Source: Octopus sinensis (Eukaryota). From it: a stretch of 64,000 nt of DNA. Below, piece after piece: positions 1 through 15,151 of this stretch; within the stretch, counting starts at the first letter, position 1, and each line of letters opens with the position of its first letter. The position numbers and the translations under genes are program-made. The DNA lies in assembly GCF_006345805.1 (NCBI RefSeq), contig NC_043005.1, forward strand, positions 60,698,001 to 60,762,000. The letters are read 5' to 3'. Below the pieces are notes generated by a model. The model made no database searches, was not told the origin of the DNA, and saw only the letters and a list, made by a program, of their open reading frames with translations.

Positions 1-1500
1 ATTTTTACTACATCCGCTAATCTTAACACGACGGCCACTAACATTACTACAAATATGAATACCGAAAGTAACATCACAAAGGTAAAATCCTTCACAAAAG
101 TAGCAACTAATATATATATGCTTCTTTGAAGGGCAAATACGCCATTTTTTTTTTAAGTGAGGAGCACCCTGTAAAAATCTGCAACAGGACGTTGGATTAA
201 TAGCAGAACAAAAACTACCAGTCTAGCAATAGATTACAAATAAGCTTCACAAAAACCTAACTCGGTTGAGGCCATTAAAGCTGAAGGTAGTACAAAGCTC
301 ATCCAGCGGACCAGCATATAGGGAAGACTTCATATTGACTTTATGATCAGGCACCAGTTTACCGGAAGCTGAATGCATCTTGCCGCCATGCAAAATTTAC
401 AAAAGCTGGAGTAGTGTCCGTTTACGGCGGTAATCTGCAGCAACATATAGTAGTTAGCCCTGAAAATATCCGTAAGGAAAGAGTGGCAAAGATTCAGTAA
501 GAAGGAAGCAATAGGGAAGACAAGAAATAGTAAAACGAAAGTAGTAATCTTAGAGAAGATTCTTAAGAAAGTATAATGACTTTTCAACGACAAACATAAA
601 CGTTGCATAATCAGAGCTAGGATACCTGGTTAAGACACGAAGGAAAAAATCCATTCCATGTGTGCGAGTGGAATCTGCACAACGAGCCTGTGATTCTCTT
701 TCTCAATCCTGAGCAAATGTGTTATCATTCAGCGGCAATTTGCTCAAAGGTTCGGAGAGGCGGGTCGGACCACAGAATATACTTCACTGCTTACCAAATT
801 ATCACGACTCACTGCAGCAACCACTCGATAACAGCTACGGAACTACGGGAAGAGGTGATATGATAGGCTTTTCGAGAAGTAATTACTTTTACATGCCAAA
901 TATGGCTAAGGGTACTTCTGTGCATGTAGAGTTTATCTCAAACAAACAATGAGTCATGGTAGGACTGCCAGCATAAGGGGTTTCTGGAAATTCTCTATGA
1001 GCTACTGCCCGACATTCATTCGGTGCAAACCGGCCATCTAGTCGCTATCGACTCCTTGATTTACCCTCAGATTGCTCTCAATTTTTGGCCTCTAATCCTC
1101 TATGGAAGACCACGATGAAAATATCAACAACTTTCTTAAACGGTTGTACAAAGCCATGTACGACTGGCGATAACCTGGTGTCAAAGTCTAAATTTAAGCT
1201 AATCGAGGAATGCAGACATATCAATCAGATAAGCTATGGGAGTTCGCGTCTGACAAATAGAACGTAATCCGTAGTCGTGCTCTACGGAATAAATACACCA
1301 AGGAGATACAATCTGGATGAACAGGTGCGTTTTGTTCATGCCACCGATAGGTGAAATCTAATCGATATCTATCTGACAGTTGGAAACTCATCACACCATA
1401 GCCCTATTTAATTAGCTCCATAGACTCCCATCATACATACAAGTTACAACTTTAGCACTAGAATAAGAAGAATCTTTCCAGGAAACACTTCGGACACCTA
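1..1500 (+). mobile_element. Possible highly decayed LINE 5' part (ORF1 / AP-endonuclease remnant)
   Basis: Higher-complexity sequence than its flanks, with broken frames; ...CYHSAAIC (H-x4-C knuckle-like) near 720-745 and IDIYLT near 1360-1380 resemble ORF1/APE motifs. Weak. Confidence 0.25.
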
Positions 1501-1611
1501 AACAAATCTGGTCACCCCACTCCTTATATTTTCTAAATTTTTCCATCCGTTTGCGTTCCTTTCACGCACATTTGTCTATGGAATCAATACTGGATTTCTG
1601 GTATTTGGAAG

Positions 1612-1770
1612 GTATTAGTCGAATATATTGACCTTAGTAGTTGACTGGTACTTTATCTTAACCACCCTGCAATGAAGGAAAACTGACCTCGGAAGGATTT
1701 GAACTAAGAAGATAAAGAGCTGAAAGAAAGAATAGAAGGCATTTTTTAGATTCTCTAACCATCTTACCTG
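1612..1770 (-). mobile_element. Degenerate octopus OK-type tRNA-derived SINE
   Basis: ttagtcgaatatattgacc...gacctcggaaggatttgaact aligns with the better-preserved copy at 50686-50914. Confidence 0.5.
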
Positions 1771-3503
1771 TCCACTACAATTACATTACGTATATTGTCG
1801 GTGTGTCAGTGTATAGCTAATATAATCAAACAACTGGATAATTCATTGTCGAAAATTACAAAAGCTATATTTATATTTCTTTAATTTTTTTTTTCACATC
1901 ATCTTTATCTTCTTTATCGTGGTCTTCAACTTTATCTTTGTCATTGTAGTAATGTAAATTGTCTGAACATTTTTTCTCACATAATTACTGTTGTTAATCC
2001 GATTTTAATATCCACCAAATAAATCTATATGTAAGAGACTTTAATTGTTGATTAAAGTTACAGAAATTCACTCGTTATTATTGCCAAATTACTCTTCATG
2101 ATAAATATTTGATGTTGCTGAGTGATGTGACAATGCATAGCATTTTGTTGTCAATTACTATGTAGTGGGAAAATTGAAAATGCATCGATTATCATATTTG
2201 TAGTATTAGCTTTCGTCTGTTGGTTACGCTGATTTCAGATACGGTCGTGTTTCAATTTAGACTTTCATCTTATCGGTGTTGAATTTGCCTTTCATCATGT
2301 ACAGAGGTCGATAGAATACGCGCCACTTCTGTATGCTCATCAGTTTAATCGACTATGCTCTCTAAATCACTTTTACCATGATGCGAGTATTAGAATGCAA
2401 AAGGTTTGTGGATGTTAAAGTCGATAGCTTACCAGATAAAAAAAAACACAGTAGTTTTTAATTATATCTCTTTAGGTTTCCAGTTTGAACATCCTGAGGC
2501 GGGTATATTTTGCTTTCATCATGTCTATGTCGACAACAAATTTATGATTCAATTACCGGGATCGATTTAATTTATTCGACCCCGCTCCTGCTGTTTGTAA
2601 TATGTCATATGATACCAATATTAAAGAGTGCGAACTGTAGAATCAATAGTGTATCGAACGAAAATGATTTTTTATATTTATTCCCATCCCTAAATGTACT
2701 AAACTTACACTCATCTGGTATCTTGCAACAAGTATAGGAGAAGGGGGCGATTTAATCGACATGCATTTCAGAATTTGCATTGCAGTTTATTGAACATTGT
2801 AAAAATCGATATTATATTATATAAGAAAATGGAAACATTGATCTGATACATCTACTATATAAAATTTGTGCATTTTATATACTTATAAATAAAAAAAAAT
2901 CATTATTTTTTATTTTTTGTTTGGGTTTAGTTGAAAATTAATATATTTAGCTACTCCAAAGATATTAGACAAAATTGTATATCTTTCTCTAACAAACTGA
3001 GATATTTTGAGTTTAGGCCATTTGTCTTTATTCAAAACGCTCATTTATCTGGCAATATCTTTGCTTCTTTTTACAAACCATGGCTAAGTAATTTTTACAC
3101 CAGGTGTCAACAAATACGTTTGTAGGCAGACAAATTAGGAAAATATTTGATATCATACGAGCAGAAAAACCGGAATAAAAACGTAACCTTTTCACATGGA
3201 TATGTTATACTTAGGGAATCACTTTAAATTCAGCTGCTTCAAAACCGACTTGCACTATGTTCGACACAACATACAGTGATTAGTTAAATATTTTTACAGA
3301 TGTTGAATAGCACGATTATGGATTCAGGGTAAGTATGGTACCTGTCAGTTTATCTTTCTAACTTTAACAAGCAAGTATTTGCTTTAGTGGTGTCTTCTTT
3401 TCTTTTAATCAGATGTTCATATAATCTTTATTCTTTAAGAAAGATGAAAATATTATTAACTACTAAAAGCAAAGAGCGTGGAAGAATATATACCTCTGTA
3501 TAT

Positions 3504-3537
3504 ATAGATAGATAGATAGACAGACAGACGGATAAAC

Positions 3538-3633
<96 letters not shown>
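3504..3633. repeat. (GATA)n/(GACA)n microsatellite
   Basis: Direct reading. Confidence 0.98.
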
Positions 3634-3634
<1 letters not shown>

Positions 3635-4329
3635 CCCTTTTGGTATAATGTGACTTAGCATCCATCCATTTGAAACCACTCCATAAATATCTTGTTCTAT
3701 TTTTTGAATAATGAACATAATTTTTCCTTATAGAACTATTGATAATATAACGTAATCAAAGAGTGTTGTGTACAATGTGACATAGTCAGCGAAGCAGCAA
3801 AAATAAAATAATTTATCGCTGTTTACCCAAACAGTGTGTGTATGTACGTATGTATGTGAGTATGCGAATATATTCATATGTGTATGCAAACATATGTGTG
3901 TGTTTATATACGTAAACATGAATGTGTGTTTATGAATGGGTGTGCGTTTCTATCATCAACATGAATACAACCATCACAAGCAAAGATAATATATATTATG
4001 AAGTAGATAAGCAAATCCATTTCCAATAAATATATATAATGTGGTATCCTGGGTGTTTTTTTAAAGTGGAATGAAATGTCTTTGATCTATGAGAATAGAC
4101 GTGAGATTAATCAGCAACAACAATACAATTATCAACAGCAACATGACCACCACATTATCAAAAATATCCGCTCATCATCACTATCATCTAAAACCAATGC
4201 AGTCCACATCATCACCAATATCAACGCAGCAACTTTCGAATACTAAATAATATAAACCCTAACATTCAATTTACAATGGAATATGGCAAAGAACAACTAT
4301 ATTATGATAAAATAATATGATGAAATATC

Positions 4330-5110
4330 CTCTTTAATTTAGCAAAAACACTTGCACAATATGTCTGATGGAAATACTCGGGACTTTTATCTTCAGAATA
4401 CACAACAGCTCTAACTGAAAGACAATATTCATCCTCACTTATAGAAGATAGGGTTAAGCGTGCTCAGAAATTAGGTATTACAACACTAAATTTAACAAAA
4501 TGTAACACCACACATCCATCTCAAAACAATACCGTATATATCAACCCACAACCCTAGAAACAATGAGGCATATAACACTATTGTATAAAATCTGCCTTTG
4601 CTCACTAGAGACCCAAAAATGAACAACATTCTGAAAACACATAAATTCATCAAATGCAAAACGCCACACAAATCGTTGGAAAGACTTCTGACAAATGCAA
4701 AGCTTTACACAACCACGAAACCAACAGTTAAAAAATGTGGACGCCCAAAATGTGAAACTTGCCCCAACCTACTGGAAGACTCGGAATTCTTATTCAAACA
4801 AGGAGAGAGGTTTACAATTAAAATCAGCTTCGTTTGTGCTTCCGAGAATATAATTTGTTATAACTAGTTCAGTTAATATGTAGGACAGACAAGTATGATA
4901 CTGAGATACTGAGACGGAGAACCACAATAGATAAGGAACAGTTTCGGGTCCCGCAATACAGACTGATTCATTTGAGTGAACACGTAGAGAGATGTGCAGG
5001 TAATATCCAACTAAATTTCAGTTTTAGCCAAATAACAGTGCAAAGAAACAATTTCTGTACAAAAGCAGCTAAATAAAGAAAATCTGTTCATAGAAAATAC
5101 ACATGTCTAA
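4330..5110 (+). mobile_element. Penelope-like element 3' fragment (linker + GIY-YIG endonuclease), decayed
   Basis: KKCGRPKCETCP...FTIKISFVCASENIICY...YVGQT...IHLSEHVERCA: CxxC linker plus GIY-YIG core typical of PLEs. Confidence 0.8.
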
Positions 5111-5222
5111 ATATGAACGTATGACCTCAGTATATTTTATATATATATATTTATATATATATATATATACCCTTTGCATCACAACTCACCACGTGGAGAT
5201 AATCTCATCGTCTCTCTTTGTT

Positions 5223-5263
<41 letters not shown>

Positions 5264-6899
5264 ACTCACGCGTACATTTATATACATATACACGCACATC
5301 ACACACACACACATATGTACAAGCTAAAACCAAAAGAGAAATATTAAAGTCCTATGTGGCGAATACTCTTAATTTCTCTTAGATATAATTATATGAAAAT
5401 GGCTGACAAAATTGAATGAAAATGTTGTAAATAAAAGCATGTTGATTAAACATTTTCGATTGACATGTAGATATTGGTATATTGGAGTTTATTGACAATT
5501 AGCGTTCAATTTTATATATATTGGCTTTTGTCTTACTCATCACATAAAATTGAAATATTCTGCTATTCATACCTTTCAAAATGGAATAATATGAACAATA
5601 AATGAAAGATTTACAGAAATATATTGTGAGCTATGTAACATGACAGTCAGAGCTCTTAAGTATCAACAGAAAGATATCAATACTTTTTATGACAATTCAA
5701 ACCAAAATTTATTTTCTTAATCAACTATATTAACTTTTATATGAATTATGAATAAGGAATTCAAATAAAATGAATAACATTCTTTTGTTGATGACCATCT
5801 TAAATACTATAAACACTTCCTTTCCTTACATATGCATTTCTTTGTACTAAGCGGCATAAAATCGAACAGACAGTATTCTCTTACATGTACTCCTCAGTTT
5901 CTTTCTAACTATCGCAAATTTTAGGAGTGCAAGTGGGTGGTGGCGATAAGCATTGTTTTTAGCTGCTTATAGAATGAATGAAATACCCTCTGTTTTGTCC
6001 AGCGATTAACATCTTTACCTTCAAAAATTATCTAGATCTTGAACTGCAGTGCTTGTTTCTTCATGAATATTTGACTCTTAGATTAATCGGACACATGCAC
6101 TAAAGATTTTCATAACAATTTGCTTCAAAATTCCTTAGAAAAGAGAAAATATATATTTACGAATTTCTAAGAAATCATTAGCTTCGTCTGACATGAGAAA
6201 ATCTATATAGCATAGACAAAGACACAGATAACAGAGAGTCATCTCGAAATACGACTATATATATATATATATGAATGGATATATAGTTATGTGTGTATGT
6301 GTGTGCGCACGTGTATCACAATAGGAAGGTGGAAGAAATGGTGTGTTGTTAATTTTTAATAAATATGCTGAATATTTTAGGCATGTTTTGATAGATGAAT
6401 TACTCAGCAACTAATGTCGTATGTTAACGTTTTCTGTCCTTTTACGAACACCGATTCGTCTGTTAATAGTCAAGAAAAACTGGTAATCCGATTGCATACG
6501 TGTCTGAGAAAGAAAGACTATACCTCGAGGAACAATTAATATAAGGATTCTATATTGGAGAAATGGATATTATTAATACATCGTCAAACGTTATTTTCTT
6601 AATAATGTTATCTTTTTAGCTCAAGGTGCATTTAGATATGAAGGTGATGTGATGTTTTTCTTTGTTTTTGTATGCATGCTTTGAGATTTATTTTATAGAG
6701 GATTTTAATATGTTTTTTCTATTATTCAGTGTTATTCACAAAGTGAACTTATCGCAAATTCCGATGGTGACAGCTGTCGTATTGTATCCTGCCGAAATTG
6801 AGGAAACACTGGTCAAGTACTGGCTTGAGGAGAGGCATAATCGACTATTAATTCCCCGAAAGTCTTGTAGCTTTTAAAAAATGAATATCTAGTTAGACA

Positions 6900-7115
6900 A
6901 AGGCGGTGAACTGGTAGAATCGTTTGCACGCCGGACAAAAGGCTTAGCGGCATTTCGTCCGTCTTTATGTTTTAAGTTCAAAGTTCGTCGAGGTGGACTT
7001 GCCTTTCACCTTCTTTTCGGGGTCGATAAAATAAGTAGCCTTTGAGTGTTGGGGTCAATGTAATTAGCTCCTCCCTTGCACTTGCTGGCTTTGTACCAAA
7101 ATTTGAAACCAATAT
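6900..7115 (+). mobile_element. OK-type tRNA-derived SINE
   Basis: ggcggtgaactggtagaatcg...agttcaaa...gaggtggacttgcctttcac...ggggtcgataaaataagta; homologous to other copies in the window. Confidence 0.85.
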
Positions 7116-8424
7116 TAAGTCAGACTTTTAAAATATATTCTGATATTACATATTGCTGCGTTCCAATTCCTTTTTATTTCTGATTTTGTCTAAGTAATGA
7201 GCAACTTTGATCAAAAGGAAGCGTAACAAACTACACTGCATAGGGGTCAGTCTGGCTGTTTTAGGGACTCTTAGATTGTCATTATCTAATGTTTCATATT
7301 TTAAACAAGACAGCATATAATTCGACGGACATATGGATGCTATTTCTGGAAATTCTAGTGACTGTATTTTGGTTCACTCGTTGATACATCAGTTTACATT
7401 TTATTGCTGTATGGTGAAATAAAATAAGACACAGTAGCATAGCTTAAATTGATTTATCACGTTATGCTGCTTTCCTTTGAAATGTGTGTCTTTAAACCAA
7501 GAAAAGCAGTCATTATTACATCCTGATAAAATACAGAAACGTGGCCGTACCAAATGTTCTGTGATATTTTGAAAATTCTTTTACCTTATAATGATAATAC
7601 TATTTATAGTTGCAAGTGAGTTCGCATTTTCTCGTGCTTATATCGATAATATAATTCCAGTAAGGTTCTTAGAATTGTTTAATCAAATACGTCCACCAAA
7701 ATATATTACCTATGTCAACGATACAAAATAAATATTCTCCCTTTTGGTTGTCTATTTTCCTTTTTATATACATTTATACTTTCCTCGTCTGCATTTCACT
7801 CTTCATCATCCTCATTTAAATGAAAGGTATCGGCATATAACACTTCAAGCCTATGATATCTTGTACACTGCCTGCTCGCAAATCAGTTAAAAATTCTAAA
7901 TTATTAAATTTCCATACTAATATAATGTTATATAACAAAAGCACTGGTTTCTACTCGAAGCACTCAAAATACATTAAACATTATTATCTGTTACTGTTAA
8001 GTATGTAACATAAACTGGGCATACGATTAAAGGCTGCTACACCAACGAAAGAGCCTACACATAGACACTCGATCTGCCTGAAGTATAGCAACCATATCTT
8101 AAGTTACGTGCTAAGTTCTTTCAAACGGTATAACTCATTAGACGGTGTTGTCCTAAAAATCCCTTAAGAAACAAGATTAGAAAACTGTGAATGCTTTTAC
8201 TTATACATTAGTAACATTGCAGCTTTTTGGAAGAATTCTGTCGATTCAATCTAGTCAAATACATATCTATTATGCATTTATGAAGATTTCCTTAAGGAAA
8301 ATACAAACATGGCTACAATGAGATGCAAACAATGAAATTGGATTGGCCTCCATTGGCTGTGATACTCAAGTACAACTTATAATTCGACTACTTATTGATA
8401 GATATGTGTTTGTATCTGTGTGTG

Positions 8425-8481
8425 TATGTGTTCATACACACACACATACGCGCGCGCACGCACACACACAGACACACACAT

Positions 8482-8518
<37 letters not shown>

Positions 8519-9345
8519 AATATCCATATTTCGTTTGGGGATTTGGCTTGCTAGATTCTTTATGTGAGTTCGTGTGTTGAAGCATATTTTGTCGTGTCTG
8601 GGGAGAGTCATTCTCTTTTAGTGCCTTATAATTTAGCACAATTACCGGTAAAATTTCCTCATTTCTTTTTTATACTTTTCTAAAATTTTCGTTGCGTCTT
8701 GCAACCTTTTCAATAGTTTTCACTCTGTACGTTATTTACACTGCGCATGTGTAGGCTAGTGTGTGTGTGTGCCTACACATTTATGTATGTATGTATGTAT
8801 GTATGCATGTATGTATGCATGTGTGTACGTGTGTGTATATGTATATCTGTATGTATGTGTGTATATTTTTATGTATGTTTCATATTCATGTTTGCGTGTC
8901 CGATTTTGTGTGTTTTTGTGTATGTGTGTGCATGTGTGTGTGTTTGTATGTGTGTGTGTATGTGTGTGTGAACCTCTGTCTCCTTGTGTGTGCGTGCCTG
9001 AATGTTTGTCTGTGGGCGTGTTTTGCAACTATGTACCGTGTTTGTAAGAATGAATGTGCATCTACATATGTGTGGACGAGTGTGTCCATATGGGTCCTTG
9101 TGTGTATATATGGTCATGTGTTTCAGTCTTCAGATGAGAGTCTCCATATGGGTCGTTGTGTGTATATATGGTCATGTGTTTCAGTCTTCCTTTGTGTATG
9201 TGTGCGTATGTGTACATGTCTGTTCATATAACCTATGTACCTGTCCGTCTGTATAATGGTCTGTTTATTTTCATATCCATATGCTTACATACATGTGCAT
9301 ATGCATATATATATACATACACCCATCCACACAAACATACACTCA
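8425..9345. repeat. Compound (CA)n/(TG)n/(TATG)n low-complexity tract with a 58-bp tandem duplication (9086-9190)
   Basis: Direct reading; explains the many spurious CV/TH/YI ORFs. Confidence 0.9.
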
Positions 9346-9429
9346 TCTATCCACATAACAGCCCACTAACTATTCTACTGTAGCGGTGTAAACTGTGGGT
9401 AAGGGGCTATGATATCTACTATGTATATT

Positions 9430-10010
9430 TCCTATTTAGTATAGGGAAGTTTAATTTATGAGGACGTACTCCTGTATTTGTCTGAGTGTTGGGCCCTTTG
9501 GGTGCTTAGTAAGACGCGGATGTCAAGTTTTTCCTGGTTGACTCCATGTTGGTCCTTGGCATCTTGGTAGAGTATGGAGGACTGTTGTTTGTCGTCATAT
9601 TGTCGCCTACAAGTCTCTGCTATGTATGTCATAGTCATGTCTTTACTAACACCTTCTATGGACCTTATGTTGTAAACTACATTTCTAGTTTTACAGTTAA
9701 TGCCAGGGTTAATCCTACATAACATCATTGGTGCATATGGTGTTCTTAAAGGGGTACGTCCTAAATAGTTGTGATCTGTCGGAGTTGTCTGACTTTTTAA
9801 CAGCCTTAATGTTGAGTTTGATCTCCTTCAGGGCTTTTCTAAATCTACACACTAGTTCTCCATGGATTGTGGCCTCTACAAATATCACTCTTTGATATTT
9901 GTTGGTATTATACCACGTTTTCGTTTTGTTTGCTTTGTCACAAGTTCTTTATATCCTATTCCAGTCTTTATTTCTATATATAGCACAGGTACCACTGGTA
10001 TCATTACGTA
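9430..10010 (-). mobile_element. Penelope-like element fragment (GIY-YIG region)
   Basis: Minus ORF INCKTRNVVYNIRSIEG...TYIAET resembles the PLE C-x-T-x-N-V-V-Y...Y-I-G-E-T motif. Confidence 0.7.
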
Positions 10011-10033
10011 TATTATCTAATTTCCTTCTATAT

Positions 10034-10120
<87 letters not shown>

Positions 10121-10778
10121 CACATATATATATATACACATATATATATATATGAGTGTGTGTGTGTGTGTGTGTGTTCACACACGCAAGCGAGGGACTG
10201 CGCTAGTACACAAGCCTTCATATAATATGTCATAGGAAATTAACGTTAAATATGTGAAGGGTACATACTCATATTTGCGTGTGCATGTGTGTTTATGGGA
10301 GTGTATAATTGTATACATATATACATTCATATGTGTGTGTGTTTGTGTGTGTGCGCGCTTCTTTATATGCACGTGTATATGTTTGTGAAAGGGAATGAAC
10401 ATCGTGTGTGAGAATATATGTTTAGATGTAATGGAGCATGGGTGGTTGGCTGTCTGGTTAGCTATCTGGTTGGCAGGCTGACTGGTGGCTGGCTGGCTGG
10501 TTGGCTGAAGAGATAGTTGTATAGATGAATATACAGCTATTGTAAGTTATCTTGCTAAGTATCAAATAGCATCAAGACAACAAACACTCCTGAGACACAC
10601 TGCAGGCTATAATTTTCAATCATGAAATGTAATCATGAAAGCGCTTGTATGTTTTTATCTTCTAAACTTCTATATTTAGTTAATACTTATGAAAAAGAAC
10701 TACTGCTGGAAAGTATTTTCCACTTCAGAGGTATACAGTAAATAATATATCAAAAAATAGGCTCAAGAAAAATACACA

Positions 10779-10838
<60 letters not shown>

Positions 10839-12899
10839 GCATATGTTTTTCAGCATTACCAATATAGTAAATAGCATAATGAAGTGACTTAATTCAAATC
10901 GTGTCAAGCAATATAATGTTGGAGACAATTTATATTTAAATTATTGAAAAGAGGATAAGAAAGATTGAACGATATTCAATCTTAAGCACGACTCAATAAT
11001 TTGCCCGAAACATAATTACGTTATCTGAACAACGAAAGTATTCACAAAAAAAAAAAAAAAAGATGCATATGCCACTCAGATATGCGGTACATGTTTGTAC
11101 GAGAGTGTAATGGTTGTGAAAGTTCAAATAAAGAACATACATCCGTCTGTATATATGTGTATCGTATAAATGTATGCATATATAAAGACCGTGATCTATA
11201 TATATATTTTCCCCCTGTATTTTCTCATGGTACAAGACAGATCACTTGCTATGCTTAAAAAGCGCAGTATAGACCTCGTGTGCTTTTATTGTGTCTCAGT
11301 GTTTCGTGCGTTGAGTTTCGTGTTACGTTCCGCAAAAATATTCTTCCACCCTTTACTTCTTAAGGGGAAATCATAATTAACGCCATTACATTTTAGGTCT
11401 CACAATATATATTTTCTAATAGATGTTAACTCTTTATAAGACCAACAAACGTAGTGACATCATTAGAACAAACATTCAAATTGTATATAGAATTATATGA
11501 TATAGTATTCTGTAACTTTTTTTCGCATAAATGTATGCATAGATAAAGACTGTTGTCCAGAGACATCTTCTTTATCCTGTACATAATCTCAGTAGTAAAG
11601 TGTATGCAATGTATTCTATCTCTGAACCTATTACACCATTTATCACGTCTCAAGCTTAGGTCTTCTCATTCCTTTGGATCAGGTTGTTTTCCTACACACC
11701 TCTGGACACAAACTTTGCTAATAACACATAAGCTTCATTTTCTTTATTCTTAATGAGATTGTTATAATATATTTTGAAACCTTTATCTTCTCTTTACATT
11801 GGCCAACATTATGAATAGGTTATTTATAAATAACTGTCTCTTTCTGACCCTCGAGAGCTAGTTTATTCTTCAACCCTTCCCTCACAGTCGTATGTGGTTG
11901 ACGCACCTTTTTCTTGACCTTTTCACACACTTCCACATATATTTTTCGTTGTCACTATTGATTATGCTGAAAGTCTAAACGTGATTTAACTCCTAGCATT
12001 ACTACAGCAGAAGCAATAACAACATGAAGATATAAATAAATGTATTTCGCTGAAATGCAATCTGAGAAGTACTTAGTCAGTAGAAACTTAAATGTAATAC
12101 TTAAAGTAGTCAACACTAATTACTAAAGAAAGATATGTGCTTCTGAGAAAGTAAATGCGTGTGTGTGTTTCTGTAAGTGTGCAACATACACTTCATTCCA
12201 ACATTGTGAGTAAGTTCGTTGTTTATGTTATAAACATATTACATGTAGTCACACGTAAGATATGTCATTAGAATATAAAGTTTTGTTCACACATAGTTTC
12301 AGTGTAAGGTTTCTTTCCTGCACACTGTCTTAGTTATTGAATATCAGCATACAAAATGTAACGAAATTGCTAGGAGCTGAACATAATTTTTCATCTTGTT
12401 TTTCTTAAGTGTTTTATAAAAGAATGTTGCTGAAATTTTTAAATTAAACTGAGCGAAATTTTTGTTTCATTGTTAGCTTTACAAAATGGATCATCAGAAT
12501 GTATCTCGTATACGACACAACAGCTAGTGGATGCTGGCTACGATGCTTTATAATTTATCTACATGAGGGGCAACTGACGTAATCAGTGTTGGATATTGTA
12601 TTCAGTTGCTGCGACTAGTAGTAATTGCAGTGAAATTTCACTCAAATCGCACTTTGCCTCATTAAAAAGAAACGGAAACTACTTAATGCAATCGTATCTA
12701 TAGCACCCGGCACTGACGCTGACCATGCATCTGCATGTATATACGCTGACAAACGGACGGTTGTCGAAGGACGACTGGCTGTTATCCATGCAGGAAGGAT
12801 TCACTCTCTTTTTTTTTTTGCGGATGTCGTGTAAAATAAAGGCTGACATCGCTTGGCTTACATATTATTGCAGGCATTGTTGTCAGAAAGCAAAATCAG

Positions 12900-13460
12900 A
12901 ACAAATAACACAGTCGCCTTTCACGTCCCTCTACCAGTGCCACCAATTTACAACCCTGGAAGTTTTGTCGCCCCAAAGGGATAAGCAATAAATTAACCTA
13001 AGCAGTATTTGAGCTGACAGCGAAAAGTGTCAGAACAAATACGGTATGGTATTCTATCCAAAGTTCAAACAACTCTATTACATTTAGTCCTAGATGCAAC
13101 CAAAGAGAGCGCGGCATTGGCTTGCAAGCCATTCATAACACTACAGTAACATAGGTACCGTTGTTAAATAATATTGCCGTTTTGAAAGGTAAATATACTG
13201 GGATGAACGAGTCTGACTTCCAAAATATATGCCAACAGTCATCTTTCAAAAATAAAGCACAAAAGTCGCAAAACATATCTAAGAGCTAAGGAATAGCAGT
13301 ATACCACACACAATCAAGTGCAGTATCGCAGAGAGATCTATGCCAGTTTAAAGAACACATGTTAGGTAGAAGAACTGCACTGGCATTCTAAATTCGAGAT
13401 CAGAAATATTTACAGCTAATAGACATTTCAAGAGCTTTCGTTTATTGAACTAGAAGGCAG
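12900..13460 (+). mobile_element. Penelope-like element C-terminal fragment (Neptune/Naiad-like GIY-YIG end)
   Basis: KYTGMNESDF, IKCSIAERSMPV and LNSRSEIFTANRHFKSFRL match the PLE YxG..E..F / IKWSI / LNxRSE...RH motifs. Confidence 0.6.
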
Positions 13461-13710
13461 CCAACGCATCGAATTAGACGCATGCAGTTTGACGCATTTT
13501 AGCCTTTCTACATTGTTATTGTAGATGTAATCAGTCAACATTAAATATTTTCTTAATCTTACAGGTTAAAGTGTTATAAACATTAATCTATTTTTCCTTA
13601 ACATTATCTTCTCAATTATTTCTCCCATATCCTCATGGAGTAATCAAGTCATTTGAAACTGAACAAATGCTGGATCGCACACAATGTGCCATATACGTTC
13701 AATCACTTAC

Positions 13711-13800
13711 TGCATTATCCGACCATGAAACATGAAGTAGATCAAGTAACACACTTGTATTCATTAAATGATACTTATATTTCACCAAACTTTGCTGATT
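13711..13800 (-). CDS. Candidate internal exon (90 nt, phase 0/0): NQQSLVKYKYHLMNTSVLLDLLHVSWSDNA; product unknown
   Basis: tgcttgcttgtag acceptor, GCA|gtaagt donor, only one frame open. Confidence 0.5.
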
Positions 13801-15071
13801 CTACAAGCAAGCAAACACTGTAATTTCTGTGTATATGTCTATGTGTGTGTAATACCTTGTCATCTTATAAAAATCATGACACCTTAATCATTCAAGCGTT
13901 TAAAGAGTTACGCATATTGAATAGATATTTTGGATATGTATTTTATTAAATGTATCTAAAATGCAATCTAATTTTCTGCTTCACATTCACTTAAGAAATT
14001 AAAAAATACTCATTTATGAAATAGCTCATACAACTCTTCTCCAAGTTCAATACGTGTGCTGAGAATAATGCAGATGTAACCTTCATATCTGCTTATTGCT
14101 TCTGATTGGTTCAGACTATTATTTTTGCTAACACTCACTTAAAATGGATAATTTTTTCTTAGAATCACTTTTGTTACATTTCTTGTTCAGAAACAACGCA
14201 TTTTCTTTAGAAGGTCATGTTGACATTTTCAAGGATTAACACATAACCTTTGGTAGATTCAATCTTCAGATGTTAGTTTTTGACAGAATATTAATACCTA
14301 TTCTATCATCGTTTCTGACATGATGGTCGCTATGAAAGTAAAAACGTTATATCACTTAAATACTTCCAATGCCAAACATAATCAATTTTTTAAAGATAGA
14401 CGACCGGCAGCGAAATAGGAAAAATAATAAAATATAACTTAAACAGATTCTGTTTATTGACTGTGGTTTATATAATCAGTTATTCAACTGTAGAAGGTGA
14501 AAGCTAAAATTGGGTTCACCTGGATATGTAGTGAGGAGGTTAATTAAAATAACGAAAATCTGAAAGGTATTTTGTGGCATCATTCTATTATCAAGTATGT
14601 GAACATACCCTCACACACCATACGTATATAATTGTGAGTGTGCATGTATATATCACACACACACACACACGCACGCATATATACGGATAGTTATCTTTTG
14701 TCAAATAAACACAAAATTTATTTGATCTTCATTTCAGTTTACTTAGTATTGTGTTTTTAGTGAATTTGTCCGTTAAAATTTTTCATCACACATTCTGTGA
14801 CTTCTTCAACCACTCTCTATCCCATGTGCCCTGCCTATTCTAAATGGAATATGTGATGAGAAAATGCGACGATAAGTGTGCTAAAAAATTAATGATAAAA
14901 CTAAAGTGAAGATCCAATAAATAGTGTATGTGTTTAATTTCCAAAAGATGACAATCCCCAAATATAACAATAACTGCTTCAATACATGATTCCACATCAA
15001 GAATCTTTCAAAAAATTCATTTATAACATATTTATACAGAAGTGGGAACAACATCTTGCAAAAAGTTCACA

Positions 15072-15072
<1 letters not shown>

Positions 15073-15110
<38 letters not shown>

Positions 15111-15118
15111 ACACACAT

Positions 15119-15151
<33 letters not shown>

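Noticed and set aside
7790-8360. Downstream exons of the minus-strand gene (several AG/GT-bounded segments)
   Set aside because: Multiple incompatible options with early stops; none could be preferred without RNA data
8388-10402. Many 60-156 aa ORFs rich in CV/TH/YI, here and throughout the window
   Set aside because: They are translations of (TG)n/(CA)n/(TA)n microsatellites, not genes
12470-12560. Plus-strand terminal exon LQNGSSECISYTTQQLVDAGYDAL*
   Set aside because: Only an acceptor-like site; no partner exons or recognisable homology
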